Origin: Eledone cirrhosa
Taxonomy: Eukaryota
Assembly (NCBI GenBank): GCA_964016885.1
Contig: OZ024741.1
Coordinates: forward strand, 117,304,001-117,368,000
Length of the DNA: 64,000 bases
Direction of reading: 5' to 3'
The first letter of the stretch is position 1. The number at the start of each line of letters is the position of its first letter. A program made the position numbers and the translations under genes. Positions 12,577 through 27,086 of this stretch are shown piece after piece. Under the pieces are notes generated by a model. That model was not told where the DNA came from and did not search any database. It saw nothing but the letters and a program-made list of their open reading frames with translations.

Positions 12577-13269
12577 ACACACACACACATATATATATAT
12601 AGAGAGAGCGAGAGAGAAAATTGAGGTTGGTAATGGCACATGGAATATATAAGAGACAGAATACTTTTTTGTGAAAAAACATATAATTTTATAAGGTAAG
12701 GAAAGAATAAAGGGTATAAAAAATGACCGGTTTCGAATGGTCTGCAAAAGCCATCTTTTCAAATGTTGATTAATATTAAGAAAAATTAATAATAAGAAGA
12801 GTTAAAATTTGAGATTTGAAAATTCAAGTATAAAATTCAGTGTGGGATTTCATAGTAGTTTTCATCTTGGTAGCAGCAAGTTGACTGCTGTGTGTCCCTT
12901 TCTGGTAGTGAATGAGGAATTATTTTTAAGGTCAGATTTAGCAATGGCCAGATGGCCAGCTGCTGGTCAGTGAGGGGGTGGAAGCAATATACATACATAT
13001 ATCTCCATGTGGTCGGTAGGAGAGGGGAGAGTGATAGAAAGGGATTTAGTGCACTTACACCTATATATACACATACCCTCATCCACACACACATACATAT
13101 ACATACATATATATATATATATATATACACACATACATATACATACACACATACACACACACACACACACACACATACACATACATATACACATACACAC
13201 ACATATATACATACACACACACATATACACATACAAACACATACGCATGTGTATATATATGTGTGTGTA

Positions 13270-13300
<31 letters not shown>

Positions 13301-13314
13301 ATGTGTGTGTGTAT

Positions 13315-13365
<51 letters not shown>

Positions 13366-13369
13366 TGTA

Positions 13370-13553
13370 GGCGCGTGGCTGAGTGGTTAAAGAATTAGAT
13401 TCTTAATCGTGAGGTAGTGAGTTCGATTCCCGGACCGGGCGATGCGTTGCTCTTTCTACATGGAGTTGCGACTGATAGAGAGTATTAGCAATTGGAAAAA
13501 CTAATTGAAACATTGTTTCCTTGGTCCGATTTGACCAAAGTCGATCGACTGTC
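13370..13553 (+). mobile_element. tRNA-derived SINE family B (internally deleted)
   Basis: A box GTGGCTGAGTGG, B box GAGTTCGATTCC; 3' part homologous to 3150-3250. Confidence 0.85.
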
Positions 13554-13607
<54 letters not shown>

Positions 13608-13699
13608 TGTGCGTGCGTGTATAACTAAGTTTATTCCGGGTTTAATCGGGGGTAACCACAGTAAGTAAGGTACTTAATACATAGCAGAGTATAAATATT

Positions 13700-13825
13700 T
13701 AATATAGAAATGGCTTCTACAGGCCTAGAACTGTTTCATTCGGGAGAAATCATTAGGAAGCCGGCTTCCTGATGATTTCTCCCGAATGAAACAGTTCTAC
13801 TGCTGTAGAAGCCATTTCTATATTA
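13700..13825. repeat. spacerless near-perfect palindrome built from a hammerhead-bearing segment
   Basis: About 63-bp arms centred on AAGCCGGCTT (13758-13767), followed by (TA)n. Confidence 0.9.
13763..13813 (+). ncRNA. type I hammerhead ribozyme motif
   Basis: ggcttc CTGATGA t-ttc-tccc-gaa-t GAAA cag-ttctactg-ctg TA gaagcc; perfect 6-bp stem I. Confidence 0.8.
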
Positions 13826-14690
13826 TATATATATATATATATATGTCTAACTTTTTAAAATGTATATGTACATACACAAATGCATTTCCTATCTTAGTCA
13901 TGTTGCTACTATAAGAAGTTTGCTTTCCAATCACAAGGCCCTGGGTTTTAACCCTAAATTTGCCCTTGTAAATAATTATCCAAATTTTCTCATACATTTA
14001 ACCCCCTATGTCATTTGTACATATATGCTCAACATTTATGTAGTTATATCCTAGTCATCCAAATGTCATTCTTATCTTTAATCACTACCACGTGTCAGTA
14101 ACCAACATAAACTCTAACTTTTTACTTAGTTCATTGCAGGCCTGCCAATCTCTAAAAACGCAAACGGGGAGTATCATGAAAAAATGTGCCCCAAAACGGG
14201 GAGAGATGAGGCAAAATGGGGAGATTTTACATAATGAAAGCTATACTCATTTTCACAAGAGAAGACATCTCTCACCTACCCCAAAATGGGTGGGGGAATC
14301 TCCCTGTGGAACGAAGAGTGTTGACAGGTCTGATCTTGTTATATATGGCTTACCAATTCTGGAGAAAATAGCTAATGGTATTTAATTACGGCATTTCCCA
14401 TTCTGAGTTCAAAGCCCACCATGGTTGACGTTACGTATAAACCTTCCAGGGTTGATAAAATAAAGTTACCATTTAAGTACGAGGCCCGATGTAAGCGACT
14501 GCCTCCTATCCCAACACCCACACTCTGGCCATGTGCCCAAGTAAGCAATCTGTATCAAAATAATTTGGCATGTTTCCTAATGGTTTCTTTTAATGATATA
14601 AATATATAAAAAAAATAGTAAATTAATTAAACTACCGAAAATTAAATTAATTAATTAACTAATTAATTAATTAATTGACTAATTAAAATT

Positions 14691-14928
14691 GAAGGTGCGT
14701 GGCTTAGTGGTTAGGGTACTCAGCTATAACTGGCGGCACACAGGGTCTTTGAGCAAGACACTTTATTTCATGTTGCTCTAGTCCACTCAGCTATCAAGAA
14801 TTAGATGTACCTGTAATTCGAAAGGAGAGCATTCTCACATTTTGTGTCACTCTGAATCTCCCTGAGAACATGCTGTTCCGTTGATCTCATCAACTCGAAT
14901 ACTCATCGCCGTAACCGACGGAGTACCT
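14691..14928 (+). mobile_element. SINE family B copy
   Basis: GTGGCTTAGTGG A box; TTGAGCAAGACACTTTATTTCA; CCACTCAGCT. Confidence 0.75.
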
Positions 14929-15651
14929 TAGAATTATAAAAATTGAATGAGTGCAAGCGTGGTTAAGAAGTTCGCTTAGTAATTACGATTTTCTAGGTTC
15001 AACACCACCGGGTTGTCAATGTCTTCCGCTACATCCTCCAAACTACCGTGGCTTCAATAACACAGGTCTTACATCACCACCAATAACAACGAAAACGTCA
15101 GATTAGTAAGTGTAGTTATAGATACAGTGTGGACACAACATGGATAAATGGTTAAGAAGTTTGCATAATAATCATTAGGTGCCGGGTTCGATCTTACTGT
15201 GGAACATCTTGGGCAAGTGTCATTAACCTCGGGTCGCTCCTTGCTTTGTGAGTGAAATTGGGTGGACGTACTGTACCTGTAATTCAAAGAACCAGTCATT
15301 TCACATATTGTGTTGCGTTGAATCTCTTTGAGAATTCCATTAAAGGTACACGTGTCTGTTGAATGAGTAGTCACTTATACGTTGATCGTGTTACTGGAAC
15401 ACACATAGTCAAAACCGACAGAGTTCTGTGGCCGTTAGGTTTCGTTTAGATACACCGTATCTGAATAAAGATGGGAGGATGGTAATGACTGGAGTAGATT
15501 TGACCATAGGTCTTGATCAGGTCTAACCAGACACTAAACAATAACACTATGAAACACAAGCCTAAAAGAAGATCAGTTCACGGTCACTAAACCTACTAGA
15601 ACTACCAAACAAATCTCCCAAAATCAAATATTATCATCTTAGAAATAATCA

Positions 15652-15866
15652 GGGTGGTTGATTGGCAGTATCGGGAGAGGGTCGGACGCCATGCTTTGTA
15701 GCATAGAATTACGGTCCTTTATGATCTGAGTTCAAATCCCGCCGAGGTTAACTTTGCCTTTTCATCCTTACGGGGATGATAAAATAAAGTACCTGTCACG
15801 CACCGGGGCCCATTTAATCTACCCCCCCCCCCAATTGCTGGCCTTGTGCCTATATAAGAAACCATT
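15652..15866 (+). mobile_element. SINE family A, full length
   Basis: TGGCAGTATCGG head, GAGTTCAAATCC B box, 3' TTGCTGGCCTTGTGCC; ATCTTAGAAATA repeated on both sides. Confidence 0.85.
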
Positions 15867-16047
15867 ATCTTAGAAATAGTTATTACATTGCGATATTTGT
15901 TCTGGTTCTCTCTGTTCTGAGTTCAAATACCACAGAGGAGAAAACTGCTGTTCACTCTTTCAGGATCGATAAAATAATGTAGAGCTTAAGACCATACCAA
16001 ATGTAAACCTGGTACTTGTAGTAAGCTAAACGCTTCAAATTAATATA

Positions 16048-16082
<35 letters not shown>

Positions 16083-16399
16083 GTGCGTGTGTACTTCGGA
16101 GATGAATAGATATGTTATATGCTTTTTTTTTCATTTTGTCTCAGTATTATTTTGTTTTATTTTATATAGTCATCTTGTGTTTCATTGTTTCTAAAAAAAA
16201 ATTCAGTATGGATCGCATTCGCTGGAGTAATTCCAGGTGTACCAAAATTCGACAAACATCACAGATACTACCACATTTTTTGTATTTTAATTTATAAAAG
16301 AATCTTCTTCCACCCAGCGTTACACGCCCGCGCTCATGCACATTTATACATACATACATACAACTGGACCTTGAAACCTTAAGTAGTACCTTTTATTCC

Positions 16400-16476
<77 letters not shown>

Positions 16477-16483
16477 TAATATA

Positions 16484-16550
<67 letters not shown>

Positions 16551-16786
16551 TTTAGTACAGCATTAACGAAGCTTTAGGCTGCGGCTAAGCTAGCGAATGC
16601 AGATTCGGAATGCAGCTTAGCACTCGATGGAGAATAATACCCCAGATTTATCAATATATATATATATCTGAGGTATATGATTTTTAATGCGATGAAATAC
16701 CAATGATGGTTGGCAAATCACTGACGAGGGACTAATTTTATCATATGTAACCCATCTGCAACCACGCAGTATTCCTCTTTCTTCTC

Positions 16787-16958
<172 letters not shown>

Positions 16959-17279
16959 ATTGATAAATAGATAGTGTAGTGGAATTTCGTAATACATATT
17001 CTAAGAGGTAGAGCAATCAATCCGGGCTACTTTTTATTTTTAAGTATATTTTTTATACATTTCTTTCCTTTTCGTGACCTTAAAATGTGTGATTTGAGGG
17101 TAGTGTAGCTGCCATTTCTAGCAGGTAAAAATGATCGACCACAATTTTGCGAGTTGACTGGCACATTTATGTGTTTATGTATGTATGTATGTATGTATGT
17201 ATGTATGTATGTATGTATGTGTATGTATGTGTGTATTATGTATGTATGTGTATGTATGTGTATATGCATGTGTATTAGG

Positions 17280-17572
17280 GGTTACGTTGTTTGACTTACG
17301 ATCGTAAGGTCATGATTTCGATTTTCAGATCGGGTGGTGAGTTGTGTCATTGAGCAAGACACTATAGTCAGCCCACTCATCTAACTAAAATGTGTTGTAC
17401 CTGTAATTTAAAGGGCCAGCCTTTTCATACATTGTGTCACACTGAATCTTCCTGAGAACTAAGTTAAGTGTGCACGTGTCAGTGGAATGCTCAGCTACTT
17501 ATACGTTACTTTCCCGAGCCGGCAGTTCCGTTAATTGAATCAACTGGAGCACAAGTCGACGAAAACGGTGGA
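17280..17572 (+). mobile_element. SINE family B copy, diverged
   Basis: ttgtgtcattgagcaagacact; tacctgtaatttaaagggccagcc; ctgaatcttcctgagaact. Confidence 0.7.
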
Positions 17573-17640
17573 GGGCCTCCATGTTTGATTGTATGTATGT
17601 ATGTATGTATGTATGTATGTATGTATGTATGTATGTATGT

Positions 17641-18180
17641 CAGGTCGCTCTCGAGGGCTACTGGTAACCCAGTACAACCTGTCTCGTGGTCGGGTCGTCG
17701 GCGACTAAACCGGCAACATCACCAAGCTAGCTTGGTGAGGAGGGTGATAACTGGACACCCTGCGGGATGAAATACAAGACCCGGCAAAGGGCGGAGGAAC
17801 TCAGCAGAGTCAATGGCCATCCAAATAGTAGTTTTTTGTTGTTTCTTTTTTTATTTTGTTTTTTCTTCACCTAGGAGTGAAAGACCCCAGTTGTTGTCAT
17901 AACACCTTTCTAGGAGAGAGAAACTCGGAAAAAAACATGCGGCTTCGGGAGCATCCGATGATGTTGAACTGTTCTCCTTTTCGAGTAGTGTTTTCGATGC
18001 TCAGAGAGTGGGATTAGTTGAGTGCAAGGCCTTCCCCCACATAAAAACCCTTCAAAGCATAGCCATTGCTTGTTCAGGATATGTTACAGGTTCGTGTGGC
18101 TGGCCGTACTCTAAAAGTGCACCAAACTCTATAATCTGACAAGCGATTGCAATACTGTTAGCAGAGTTTGCAGCCATCAT
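17641..18180 (+). mobile_element. probable RTE-clade LINE 5' UTR fragment
   Basis: GC-richer segment between (TATG)n tracts with motifs CTAGGAGAGAGAAACTC and GGCCTTCCCCCACATAAAAA, recalled from RTE 5' regions and not verified. Confidence 0.4.
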
Positions 18181-18417
18181 CTATGTATGTATGTTCTTCT
18201 GGTTTTATAATTTCACAAAGTTTTACCAATAGAGAGAGAGTCGGTTTCTAACATAGACACAAGACTCTCTCATTTGAATTTACACAACATCAACTAGGTA
18301 GATATGTATGTATGCATGTGTAGATATGGATGTTATTAAATGTGTGGATGTGTATGTTTTGAGTTGTATGTGTGCATGTGTATATGCTTTGTATCTGTAC
18401 ATGTGTATATGCAGTTA

Positions 18418-18785
18418 TTAGATGCAACATTTGTGGAATGTTTTACATATTTTTACTGTTCCATTAATGGATTGTACTTGTAATTTCCTAATTAGTTGTG
18501 TTCTTTCTGTTCCTGTCAACCCTAGCTTCTCAAGATTTGTATTGAGGCAGTTACAAACATATCCCAGTGCCCCAATAATCACAGTCATAAATCTGAAGGT
18601 GTAATCAGGGTGGAGTGTCTGCAGATTTCTCAACAGTTCTGCATAAATATTCTCCTTTTTACTAATCTTTGATATTATATTGGCATCTGCTGGGCAGCTA
18701 ATTTCCACTACTGTGCATGCTTTCTTCTCCCTGTCCCATATCATAATATCTGGTCTGTTATGCCTGCATTTTATTGGGGTTTTTA
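18418..18785 (-). pseudogene. 3' fragment of an R4/Dong-type non-LTR retrotransposon (restriction-like endonuclease domain)
   Basis: HNRPDIMIWDREKKACTVVEISCP.D.N...K..K...Y..L...VIIGALG, a PD-(D/E)xK RLE signature, open to the stop codon; bounded by (CATA)n. Confidence 0.85.
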
Positions 18786-19225
18786 TGTATGTATGTATGT
18801 ATGTATGCATGTATGTATGTATGTATGTATGTATGTATGTATGTATGTATGTATGTATGTATGCATATATGTATGTATGTGTGTATGTGTGTATAAGTAT
18901 GTATGTGAGTGTTTCTGAGAGGCGTGCATGAGAAAGGTGAGTGGTTCGCTGTGAATGTAGACCAATTCTAAATATATATCAACTGATAGAGATGCGTAAG
19001 TAGTGTAAAGGGCGTGGGACTGTTTGCGTCATCCCGAAAGAAACGTTGAAAAACTGGATGCTGGATGACGTATGCATATATGTATGTAAACACGCACACT
19101 CACACACACAGACACACACACTAATATATATATATATCGAAATATATATAGCAGTAAATAAAGGATTATGAGTTCATGCAATTGACTTATGTTTCGTCAC
19201 TATATATATATATACATATATATAT

Positions 19226-19297
<72 letters not shown>

Positions 19298-19354
19298 TGT
19301 ATTATATATATATATTATATATATATATACATATATAATAGCTATATATATATA

Positions 19355-20268
19355 CTAGCAGTAAAGCCCGGCGTTGCTCGGGGTCGCTCAGTAGCTGTGT
19401 TAAAGTTACAATGTTAAGTTTCTTTTTTGGCTTAAAAACTGTAGTGTCTACTGTGCAGACTTGCATGTGGTGTTTTTGATTAATATTCCCTCAACCAACA
19501 ATATGCCTTATGAAGTTAAGAAAACATAACGATAACCCGAATGTTATAACAAAAGAGGATGCTGGGGATAGAAACTGCACTGGTTATTTATTAACAAAGA
19601 TCGAAAATGTAAACACTGCAACGCAGAGAAAAACATTAGCGTAACCAAATTATCAGTTATGTCTGTCTGCACGCCTATATCACCTCTCTGCACGACTGTC
19701 TGTCTGCACGCCTATATCACCTCTCTGCACGACTGTCTGTCTGCACGCCTATATCACCTCTCTGCACGACTGTCCGTCTGCACGCGTATATCACCTCTCT
19801 GCACGACTGTCTGTCTGCACGACTGTCTGTCTGCACGCCTAACGACGAAATATTTGCTTGTTTTACGTAGTCTTTAAATAGACTTGTTTTCAAGTAAAAA
19901 TATTGTTTTAAAATGCTTTTAAATGGAAATGAAGCAAAACGGAAGCTTAGTGTTCGAACTGATGAATTTTGCAGGTCAATATTTTGCTGGCTCGACAACT
20001 GTTAAAGCCAGCGTAATTTTTTACGTAAGACGCTCAATGTAAACAGAACAAAGGGAAATAACTGATAACTTACGCTCAAAAATCGATACATTATATTCGA
20101 TTTCGTCACATAGGGTGGGTCAATTTGAAATTTTTTTTTTCCGATGTCTTCGCTAGGGCTCAAGGTACAAGTATAGCAATTTCGGTGCAATTCCGTGAGA
20201 GATTCTAAGAGGAGATGTGTGCCAAAAATCGATAGACAGACAGACAACCACAATTTTATATATATAGA
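19355..20268 (-). mobile_element. non-autonomous Helitron
   Basis: Minus strand starts TCTATATATATAAAA and ends with hairpin CCCGAGCAACGCCGGG then ...CTAG; inserted between A and T with no TSD. Confidence 0.85.
19660..19839 (+). repeat. ~37-bp minisatellite inside the Helitron
   Basis: (TGTCTGTCTGCACGCCTATATCACCTCTCTGCACGAC) x4 plus partial copies. Confidence 0.9.
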
Positions 20269-20615
20269 TTATATAGTAGAATAATCGAGTATCGAAAAAT
20301 CGGCGCACGAGTTCACGATAAACAAAATTCGACATGAGTGGCAGAGGGCTCAATAATTCAGATAAATCAGAGCTATAACTATCGTTAAAATACCAACACA
20401 CATAGATTATGTCTAAAATCAACCATACGACCGAAAAATTACGATCAGGAAGATTCGGGTCACTCAGATAAAATATCAATAAATCAATAAATCATATGAA
20501 TGTAAAAAGCTTACCCGGACCCACTAGAAAGATGGTAAATCTAGCTTCTTGGGTTTCTGTAAATCCTTAAATCGCCCACTATCAGCCCACATAAAAATAT
20601 ATAAGACTTCTAGAG

Positions 20616-21170
20616 GGAAAAAGTATGACCCCGAGCAGAGCTCAAGCCGTTTCGACAGCTATTTCCTGGACGTTACCCTTAACCTCGAAAATGATCTGTA
20701 CTACCCATACAGAAAACCAAACGACAACCTGCACTACATCCACCGCCGCTCTAACCTTCCTAGAAACACCACCAATAACCTGGCATCACCAATAAACATC
20801 TCCCTCCGCATATCTCGTTTGTCCGCTAATGAGCAGATATTCGACGAACACGCCGCTCATTACAACCAGGCCCTCAAGCGGAGTGGCTTCCGGGAGGAAA
20901 TATCCTTTTATCCAGCTTCCCTTAGCGGAACCAGCAGGCGACACCCCCGCTCGCGCAACGTTGCGTGGTTCAATCCTCCCCAAAATGTCGAGGTGGCAAC
21001 ACCTATCGGGAAAGAAGAAAGTTAAGTAAAAAAAGAGTAGTCCAGAAATAGCCGTCGAAACGGCTTGAGCTCTGCCGTCGGGGTCATACTTTTTCCTATT
21101 TCCCACTCTACTACCCTAAGTATTGAGTACTCTGGTGCGTTATGGTCCATCTGGTTCCTTACCATAATTC
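20616..21170 (+). mobile_element. Penelope-like element remnant: RT thumb fragment between inverted termini
   Basis: FLDVTLNLENDLYYPYRKPNDNLHYIHRRSN.P...ISLRISRLS..EQIF......YNQALKRSGF...RNVAWFNPP (20660-21022); inverted arms 20616-20671 and 21040-21096; ends at (TA)n. Confidence 0.85.
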
Positions 21171-21171
21171 G

Positions 21172-21252
<81 letters not shown>

Positions 21253-21332
21253 TCATATATTGAGTTAGAAACTCAAAATAGTCATTTACAATTCAATAGA
21301 TGAAGGAAGGGAATCTTTCCGAGTTGTACAAA

Positions 21333-21592
21333 TGATATATGAGAGGGATGAACACCGATACAAGTATACATGTGTTCGAATTGCAAATGACCAAGTTAAC
21401 CAGGTTGAAAAATACTAATTCTAAACAATATGGTTTGCCTGTCTTGATTTAAAGTAATAAATCAATAAAAATAACAAACCAATATTGGGCGATCGCCGTT
21501 GATACCCGGACGGATCGAAATCTGTTTGATCATTTGCAATTCGAACACATGTATACTTGTATCGGTGTTCATCCCTCTCATATATTCAATTG
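21333..21592. mobile_element. fold-back insertion within (TA)n
   Basis: About 60-bp inverted arms 21335-21394 and 21526-21585; related solo fragment at about 27008-27062. Confidence 0.75.
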
Positions 21593-23036
<1,444 letters not shown>

Positions 23037-23037
23037 G

Positions 23038-23155
<118 letters not shown>

Positions 23156-23168
23156 CATTTATATATAC

Positions 23169-23200
<32 letters not shown>

Positions 23201-23224
23201 GTATATATATGTATATATATATAT

Positions 23225-23263
<39 letters not shown>

Positions 23264-23277
23264 TATATAGATATAAG

Positions 23278-23382
<105 letters not shown>

Positions 23383-24700
23383 CAGTAATCAAAGTTCAGT
23401 TTAAGTCATTTATTTGCTTACAATTGTTTCCTCCAAACCGAGGTTTGGATTCTTCGGAGCAACTATTTATAACATACTTGACCTCCTTTTCAACCCAAGA
23501 GACACATAAAACATATGCGCATATTGATCAACAGTGGGGTGACATTCATCAAATGAAACAGCATGGCAATTTACATATAAAGTGTTACATGATAAAAATA
23601 AAATAAAATAAAATAAAATAAAAGCAAGAGTGAAAATAAAGATAAACATGAAGCGTTGGCAGTCTATGAAGATAAAGCAAGAGGAAAGCTTAGAGTAGTC
23701 AGTGCATGAAGCAATCTCCCGTGTAGCATGCACGCTTGTCTTATCTATACATGATTAGAGTGCGTCAGAATGATATTTGCAGGGTCAGGCAGTTGAAGCA
23801 GGCAATCAATCTAATAATATAGGCTGAATTAATAAGTCATTAATTCTCATACATCTGTATGATATACAGTCTCGGATGCGGGGAAACACCAAAATATCAA
23901 AAACCTTCAACATACTATAAACCTTATTGTATCGTAGGCAAGGTCGTACCACTGTCCTTGCTCACACCACCACTCACATAATCCATGAGACGCAATATAT
24001 ATATATAGAGAACACGCGTCTATCATATAATTCGCAGTGGTTCAGCATATAGTCAAGCTATAAACGGTATCCAGTCGGTTCTTAATTAATATATCATGCT
24101 GTCCAAATTCCGGAAGTGCCTGAATGATTAAGGGGAATTAATGCGTAAGGGGAGGTAACTAGCTAGTTATTTTAGTTACATTACTATGCTAAACTACATT
24201 AATGGTGATTCAAATACGTGCCTATCATGTGAAGTTATAACTAATATCTAGAGTATGGTACCCAATTATAAGTTAGAGAGTTGTTCATTAAGAAGTACAA
24301 GGGTGTATATACTAGGATGATTGCCAACCAATAATTAGGGGTGTCATATCTGAACGTTCTATAAGAGGAGTCGGACTCTCAAGTCACTGCTCCATGCAAA
24401 TGTAATACAACAGTAGGACCTGGTATGGTCCCACTATTATATATGCCACCCGGTAGGCTCCGGGTCATTGCTTGCCTGCATCTCCAGTAAATCTTCGGTA
24501 TGGTCCGGAGATCCGATCTCTCATATAAACGCACTAGTCTGGCCATCAGGTAATAGACAACCCCCGTCTCAAATATAAATCAATTATGTATCACATTTCC
24601 AAGCTAGAGTGGAGTTTATTAATAGGTATTAAAGGAGTCCACATCAAGATGATTACGTTCATAATTCAATGAACTGATCGCTTACAGTATATACTCACTT

Positions 24701-24860
<160 letters not shown>

Positions 24861-25122
24861 CGGAAAAAATGAATCGAAATTTCATTTCCCACTCTTAGTA
24901 CGGCTGTTACTAAAATATAATTATGTACACGTACATACATATATGTATACAGACGTACAGTAGTATGTATATATATAGACATACATGCACACATATATAT
25001 ATGTACGTATGGATTCACCGAACATTTATTATAATGCTCGGTGTGTTTGTAAACAAACATCCCGTATGAAGCCGTAGTGTCTAGCAACCATCGTTGCTCG
25101 TTTGTTCAACACTGACAAAGGA

Positions 25123-25165
25123 ACGCTGTACTTGTTTCAAGCTTATTAGCTATCGTCAGCAACGT
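25123..25165 (-). ncRNA. type I hammerhead ribozyme motif
   Basis: Minus strand: acgttg CTGACGA t-agct-aata-agct-t GAAA caag TA cagcgt. Confidence 0.75.
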
Positions 25166-25325
25166 ATACCTTCCTGCCAGATTGGTGAACGTCTGAAACT
25201 ATATACTTTCCTTATGCATATCAACGGCTGAGTAGCCCAATCTGCATATCGAGTGGGTTAATCGGCTGGGTGCACCGAAAACGATAAACGGAAAAAATGA
25301 AATCAACAATCTGGCAGGAAGGTAT

Positions 25326-25368
25326 ACGTTGCTGACGATAGCTAATAAGCTTGAAACTAGTACAGCGT
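25326..25368 (+). ncRNA. type I minimal hammerhead ribozyme motif
   Basis: acgttg CTGACGA t-agct-aata-agct-t GAAA ctag TA cagcgt; palindromic stem III. Confidence 0.85.
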
Positions 25369-25798
25369 TCCTTTGTCAGTGATGAACAAACGAGCAACGA
25401 TGGCTGCTAGACACTACGGCTTAATACGAGATGTTTGTTTACAAACACACCGAGCATTATAATAAATGTTCAGTGAATCCATACGTACATATATATATGT
25501 GTGCATGTATGTATATATATATACATACTACTGTACGTCTGTATACATATATTATGTACGTGTACATACTTATATTTAAGTAACAGCCGTACTAAGAGTG
25601 GGAAATGAAATTTCGTTTCATTTTTTCCGTTTATCGTTTTCGGTGCACCCGGCCGATTAACCCACTCGATATGCAGATTGGGCTACTCAGCCGTTGATAT
25701 GCATAAGGAAAGTATATACTTTCAGACGTTTAACAATCTGGCAGGAAGGTATACGTTGCTGACGATATTTGGCTTCGTTTATTATAAATTAGAGATAT

Positions 25799-25855
25799 AC
25801 TGCTATATATATATTTCGGTGACAACCATCATTGGCTGTGACGTCTTCAGGCAGT
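25799..25855 (-). ncRNA. type I hammerhead motif with TATA-repeat stem III
   Basis: Minus strand: actgc CTGAAGA cgtc-acagcca-atga-tggttgt-cacc GAAA tatatata TA gcagt. Confidence 0.75.
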
Positions 25856-25919
25856 CCAAATTGGTGTGGGAAAGACAGGTACATACATATATATATTACA
25901 TATATATATATATATATAT

Positions 25920-26064
25920 ATGCTTTCCAGCATAGTTACGTCCCTTTACGCTCTGAGTTCAAATCCCGCCGAGGTTAACTTTGCCTTTCATCCTTACGGG
26001 GTAGATAAAATAAAATACCAGTAATGCACTGGGTTATTGCTGGCCTTGTGCCAAAAGTAGAAAC

Positions 26065-26069
<5 letters not shown>
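25920..26069 (+). mobile_element. SINE family A, 5'-truncated
   Basis: Near-identical to 37892-38044. Confidence 0.9.
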
Positions 26070-26108
<39 letters not shown>

Positions 26109-26274
26109 TATAAAGTATGTCCATAGAATCATTTGATAATATATATACACCATTTCCACTCCCAATTAGCATAATCAACCACACAAAAAAACAATTAAAC
26201 CAGGCTATAAGATTAAAAGACACCTATGAAGAAATAGTAGATAAATAAACGACAGCCATCTATTCGCGATCAAC

Positions 26275-26454
26275 CGTTATAGAATATTTACCCAACATTT
26301 CGATAGCACGTGGAAATTCATTAAATATACCCTCAACCATACACAATTAGGCATAAAATTAAAGTTAGAAGAAAAAATGCATATACACATACCAGGATTA
26401 CGTTTATACCCTTTAGGGTTTAGTTCGCATTCGGAAATATCCTATCAAGGATAA
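26275..26454 (+). pseudogene. possible Penelope-like GIY-YIG C-terminal remnant
   Basis: In-frame IFTQHF...KLKLEEKMHIH...LYPLGFS resembles the HF...R.E..I...P.GLN pattern; lies in a TA-bounded segment. Confidence 0.35.
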
Positions 26455-27086
26455 ATTCTCGAGCTTCAAACTCATCAGGAAACAAACTCACTTGGACAAA
26501 GATTTTTCTTAAATGATTCCCGCCAGAAACGAATTCAAAAGGGCTAAGAACTGTGACGTGGCAGTGGTCAAGTCAGAAAGAATGTGATTAGTGCCTTACG
26601 GCGAGTGGGCTGGTTGCTAGAAGGCGCAGCCCAATATTGCCTAAATTGCATCTCAACCTTATGGGAGATTATCAAATATAAAGATTTACATATACACAAA
26701 CTAGACAAAGTCACAGATATATATGTTTTGGCAACCATTCACGATGTGGCTCAATGATGAATTAATAAATTAAATAATCATATATATATATGAAATATAT
26801 ATACAGTATATATTTATATATATATATATATATATACATATAAATACATATATATGTATATTTATATATATATATATATACATATATATACATATATATG
26901 TATATGTACACGCACACACACAGACACACACACACAAGAACACACACACATACAGATATATATCAGAGGTATATATTGAGGTATATATTAGCGAACTTGG
27001 TCCCTTACAATTCGAACACATGTATGTTTATATTTGTGTTTATCTCTCTTGTATATTCAATTATATATATATATATATATATATAA

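Noticed and set aside
13370-13445. tRNA gene
   Set aside because: A/B boxes continue into a SINE body shared with other copies; no convincing cloverleaf
16721-16760. CTGACGAGGGAC hammerhead start
   Set aside because: No complementary stem II or GAAA follows
26455-26490. Minus-strand CTGATGA...GAGA
   Set aside because: GAAA is absent and the stems are incompatible with the core
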